Assembly: GCA_010093815.1 (NCBI GenBank) | Contig: ML996573.1 | Reading direction: 5' to 3' (one strand) | Origin: Pseudovirgaria hyperparasitica | Taxonomy: Eukaryota | DNA: 64,000 bases | Shown here: positions 61,066 to 64,000 of the stretch, piece by piece | How the letters are laid out: each line of letters opens with the position of its first letter | Position numbering within the stretch: position 1 is the stretch's first letter | Notes under the pieces: generated by a model | The model's input: the letters and a program-made list of their open reading frames with translations, nothing else | Told to the model about the DNA's origin: nothing | Database searches by the model: none | Made by a program: the position numbers and the translations under genes

Positions 61066-62484
61066 ACTGCTGAGCCATCATTGAAGATACTACGAACGCC
61101 AAGGAACACATCCAGCGGCGAATAAGGACGTGTGGACTGCTGTGTCAACACAGACACACCATCCCAGACCCGCCGCAGCAGCAGCAGTCATCTGGCAGAT
61201 ACCACACTGCTAAGATGACATAAATGTCGAAGCATTATTGCTATCAGCAGCAGCGTGGATTCTCGGAGACAGGGCATAAAATCCTTCTCCATCATCTTGA
61301 CCCGCTCACCCGTACCACCAATTTAATCTGGGTCAGACGCTTTGGCGGCATTACATACGGCATAAATCCGGCGCCGAGCACACTACATTCTTGGGGAACA
61401 CATTTTGGCGTTCTGGTCTTGGTTTTTAGGGTTTGGAATTGCGAGGTTTGGGCTCGGGTTCGCAAAGGTCGAGAACGAGCGGATTGTACTATCAAACAGC
61501 TACAGGCTCGTCGTCGCGAGAATACCAACTTGGGCGTTGCGGCTCGAAGAACAAGCTAGAACGAACATTATCTTGACGATCGCCTGAGAGTCAAGAAGCT
61601 TTTCTTTGTTATTCTTTTCCTTTTGTACGGATCGAGAACGGATTCGACGGGTGCTTGGGAGAGGATAGGACTGAAACACATGGTAGACGAGTTGATGAAT
61701 GGGGCAGAGGTTGATACTTCATGATAAATATTCTTCCGTCTGTTGTGACAAATTGATGATAATTCTTCTATTCTGGCGCATTCTTCATGGTGACTTCGGC
61801 CCTTGCTATGTACAACCCACCACATGATTCACCGACGTAATACTGATTACACCCCGCGTTGAGAACCCAGGACACTTACGACGGACACGTTATTTCTCGA
61901 GTTGTGGTCCTTGTCCCCATCCGTTATGTGTACCCAAGATTTCGAATGGTAGCCCAAAGTCCACCCTCAAAAGCCACGAAGACAACCAGAATTGTCAAAG
62001 AGTGACATCTTGTACATGCCCATAAGCTATAATGGGAACGTCGATATCTGACTAATGCTGTGAAATCGCCTTCTACGAGTCATGATGGATATGCGAGTTA
62101 GTTAGATATCACGATCCTTGGTGTGACATTTGAATGCTACGATGGCTGACGAGATTCTCGAAGCCTGATTCAAAGTAAGCTCTCCATCGGTCATGATGTA
62201 TATGCGAATCACACGATATGAGACTACAGGGCAGATGTTAGGGGCTATAATGGCAATGGAGGATCGTAGTCGCTACATGTCTCGATATCTGTATTCCCAC
62301 GACTGAGCAGTGAGATTTCAAACCCCTATTAAACGTTCATTTTGTGCATCTACAGGATTCTATGTGATGCCTTAACGCTCCTGTCCAAACTACAACGTCT
62401 ATTTTCACATGCATATCTGCTGACCCGTTGGTTGTGGCGTGTCCGTCCTCTTCATCCTGCACATGTGTGAGCAGGACCGGAAGT

Positions 62485-63502
62485 CTACCGCAGGCCTGTT
62501 GCGATGGTATTCTTCTTGGGTGCAAGAATGCCGACGTTGCGGAGCTGCTGAACCGTTTTTTCGCTAGTGTCCTTGTCTTTAGCTTTATTGCGTGCGGCTT
62601 TGGAAGCTGTGCTGTCAGGGTTGATGATCAGGGGTGTGTCGGTGACGGCTTCAAGAGTTAGTAGAGCTACAGAGAGGTTAAGGGGTGTGTGGTACCTGAA
62701 TAGTCAGACGCGATGTTCAGAGCTGATTTTGAAGAGAGCAGGCCCTGCTTGAAGAGGTTCTGGTTGATGTTGTCGAGGGCGGCTTGTTTGCCTGCAGCAT
62801 ACCTACGAGCGGTGCTTGCGGAGGTACCGTGTCCGACTGAATTTCTCGTGGGAGAGGCTTTCGTGGTCAGTTATTTATCTTTGGAATAGGAAGAAGAGGT
62901 GTCTCATCACCTTTATTGCCATACCCATCGTCTGCAACGTTGGGGGTGTCGAGTCTGGTCTTCGCTCCATAGACACCAATTGGAGGAAGTAGCCCGGCTG
63001 CACGAAGACGGCCAACATGCTCTTGAGCCTTTGATTTCACAGTCTTGTTGCGTTTGGTGTCCTTCTGATCTTGCTCGCTCAACATACGAGGTTCGTGTCC
63101 CGATTTAGAAAGCAGTCCCTCCTCACGAAATTGCTGCTTACGTGCGTAGTCATGGTCAAATTGATTCCTGTCGATGAGGCGGGTGTTGACAGGCCCAACA
63201 TCACCATTGCAGTTGGCTAGATTACTTGTGTCAGGGTTGGCAAAAGGGCCACGATTGGAGAGACCGTTCGTCTTGACTTGAGTTTCAGTTGAATCTCTGC
63301 CTACTGGGAAGACGAAAGGAGGAAGTGGAGGTACATTCACCGGCTGGACATTTTGTGGAGCGGCCAGAGTTGGTCTCGGGCAAAGTATGGCGTTGTTTTG
63401 CTGTGAAAAGACAGAGTCTTTGCGAGAATCCGAATTAACGATTGTGGCGCCAGGGGGGTCAGTGTCGTGAAAGCAGGCGAAGAGGAGACTGAGAAAAGGC
63501 AT
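62485..63502 (-). CDS. Hypothetical protein with an internal two-fold repeat
   Basis: 211-aa ORF 63502-62867. It is extendable through two ~50-nt introns (first with weak GTGATG donor, CTGAC branch) to a stop at 62487-62485. The extension is tentative. Confidence 0.55.
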
Positions 63503-63712
63503 CTTCTAGAAGCCAATAGCCGTGTATCGGTCTCGTGGTTAATCAAGTAGAAGTGTGAAGATGCAGCGTTGGATCGCTCGGTGAGCCTGAAAGACAAATT
63601 AGCTTGTTGGGAGATATCTTTTGTTTTGTTTGGAGGCACGTGCACACAAATTGCGTTGTGAGAACCTGGTAGGGAAACAGGACTAGCTTGAGTGAAGGAT
63701 TGTCCTATGGAA

Positions 63713-63970
63713 TCAATTGCGGATTGGCAGAATCTCAAGAGAGTCTCTACCAGGCCGCGAGTACTGTAGTATCGTTTCTACTTTACTGACAGCTTGTGAC
63801 TGTTGGTGAGATGGCTTCGAAACTACGCGAGCAACAGCGGAACTTTCCTCCGTCCGGGTGTAAATAGTGTGTCGGCAAGGTTTTAGTGCTGGGGGCTTGA
63901 TATGCCTAGGTGGATCATGAAGTGTTTGATTATGGGGCTTGGACGTGCAGCTTCTAAAACATGAGAACAT
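63713..63970 (-). CDS. Possible small hypothetical protein or first exon (MFSCFRSC...)
   Basis: ATG in CACGATG context, 85-aa ORF; N-terminal FxCF resembles that of the downstream gene. Confidence 0.3.
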   Translation of the reverse strand: MFSCFRSCTSKPHNQTLHDPPRHIKPPALKPCRHTIYTRTEESSAVARVVSKPSHQQSQAVSKVETILQYSRPGRDSLEILPIRN

Positions 63971-64000
63971 CGTGTGGTTACAAAAGTATCTGGTGTTAAA

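Noticed and set aside
61066..61600. ORFs downstream of VPS64 as an alternative last exon
   Set aside because: VPS64 already ends in its TM anchor and stop; downstream frames are short and unrecognisable, most likely 3' UTR.
55010..62525. Shared LRNVGI(V/L)A peptide in the Zn2Cys6 protein and the repeat protein
   Set aside because: Match is only about 8 residues with no flanking similarity; likely coincidental.
1..64000. Transposable elements, telomeric arrays, rRNA
   Set aside because: No transposase, RT or integrase ORFs, LTR/TIR pairs, TTAGGG arrays or rRNA sequence seen.

Overview
Gene-dense 64 kb segment of a filamentous ascomycete (Pezizomycotina-type) nuclear genome, with mostly ~45-100 nt GT-AG introns and CTAAC/CTGAC branch points. 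I read about 26 protein-coding genes. Recognisable ones are SNX3, an SSS-family putative thiamine/precursor transporter, an acetyl-CoA transporter, CENP-O, a double-Myb TRF/Tay1-like protein, GPI2, annexin ANXC4, a DUF3605 protein, a HET-6-like protein, a MYND finger, a flavin oxidoreductase, CAB2, a 3xCBM18-AA5 copper radical oxidase, a SPOUT methyltransferase, a secreted six-hairpin glycosidase, a Gemin2-like protein, MGR2 and VPS64. There is also one tRNA-Lys(CTT) and a decayed NACHT NLR pseudogene. The clearest non-coding signal is a complete intronic TPP riboswitch (2917-3039). It comes with a long-range competitor element next to the 5' splice site and two extra hairpins covering splice donors. 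The best candidate for an undescribed system is a divergent pair of small uncharacterised genes (17885-19529), one absent from the ORF track and ending in an alternating beta-strand motif. This pair may form a conserved module with the nearby flavin oxidoreductase and chitin-binding copper radical oxidase; that link is a hypothesis and needs a synteny search. All gene models and family calls were made by eye without database searches.
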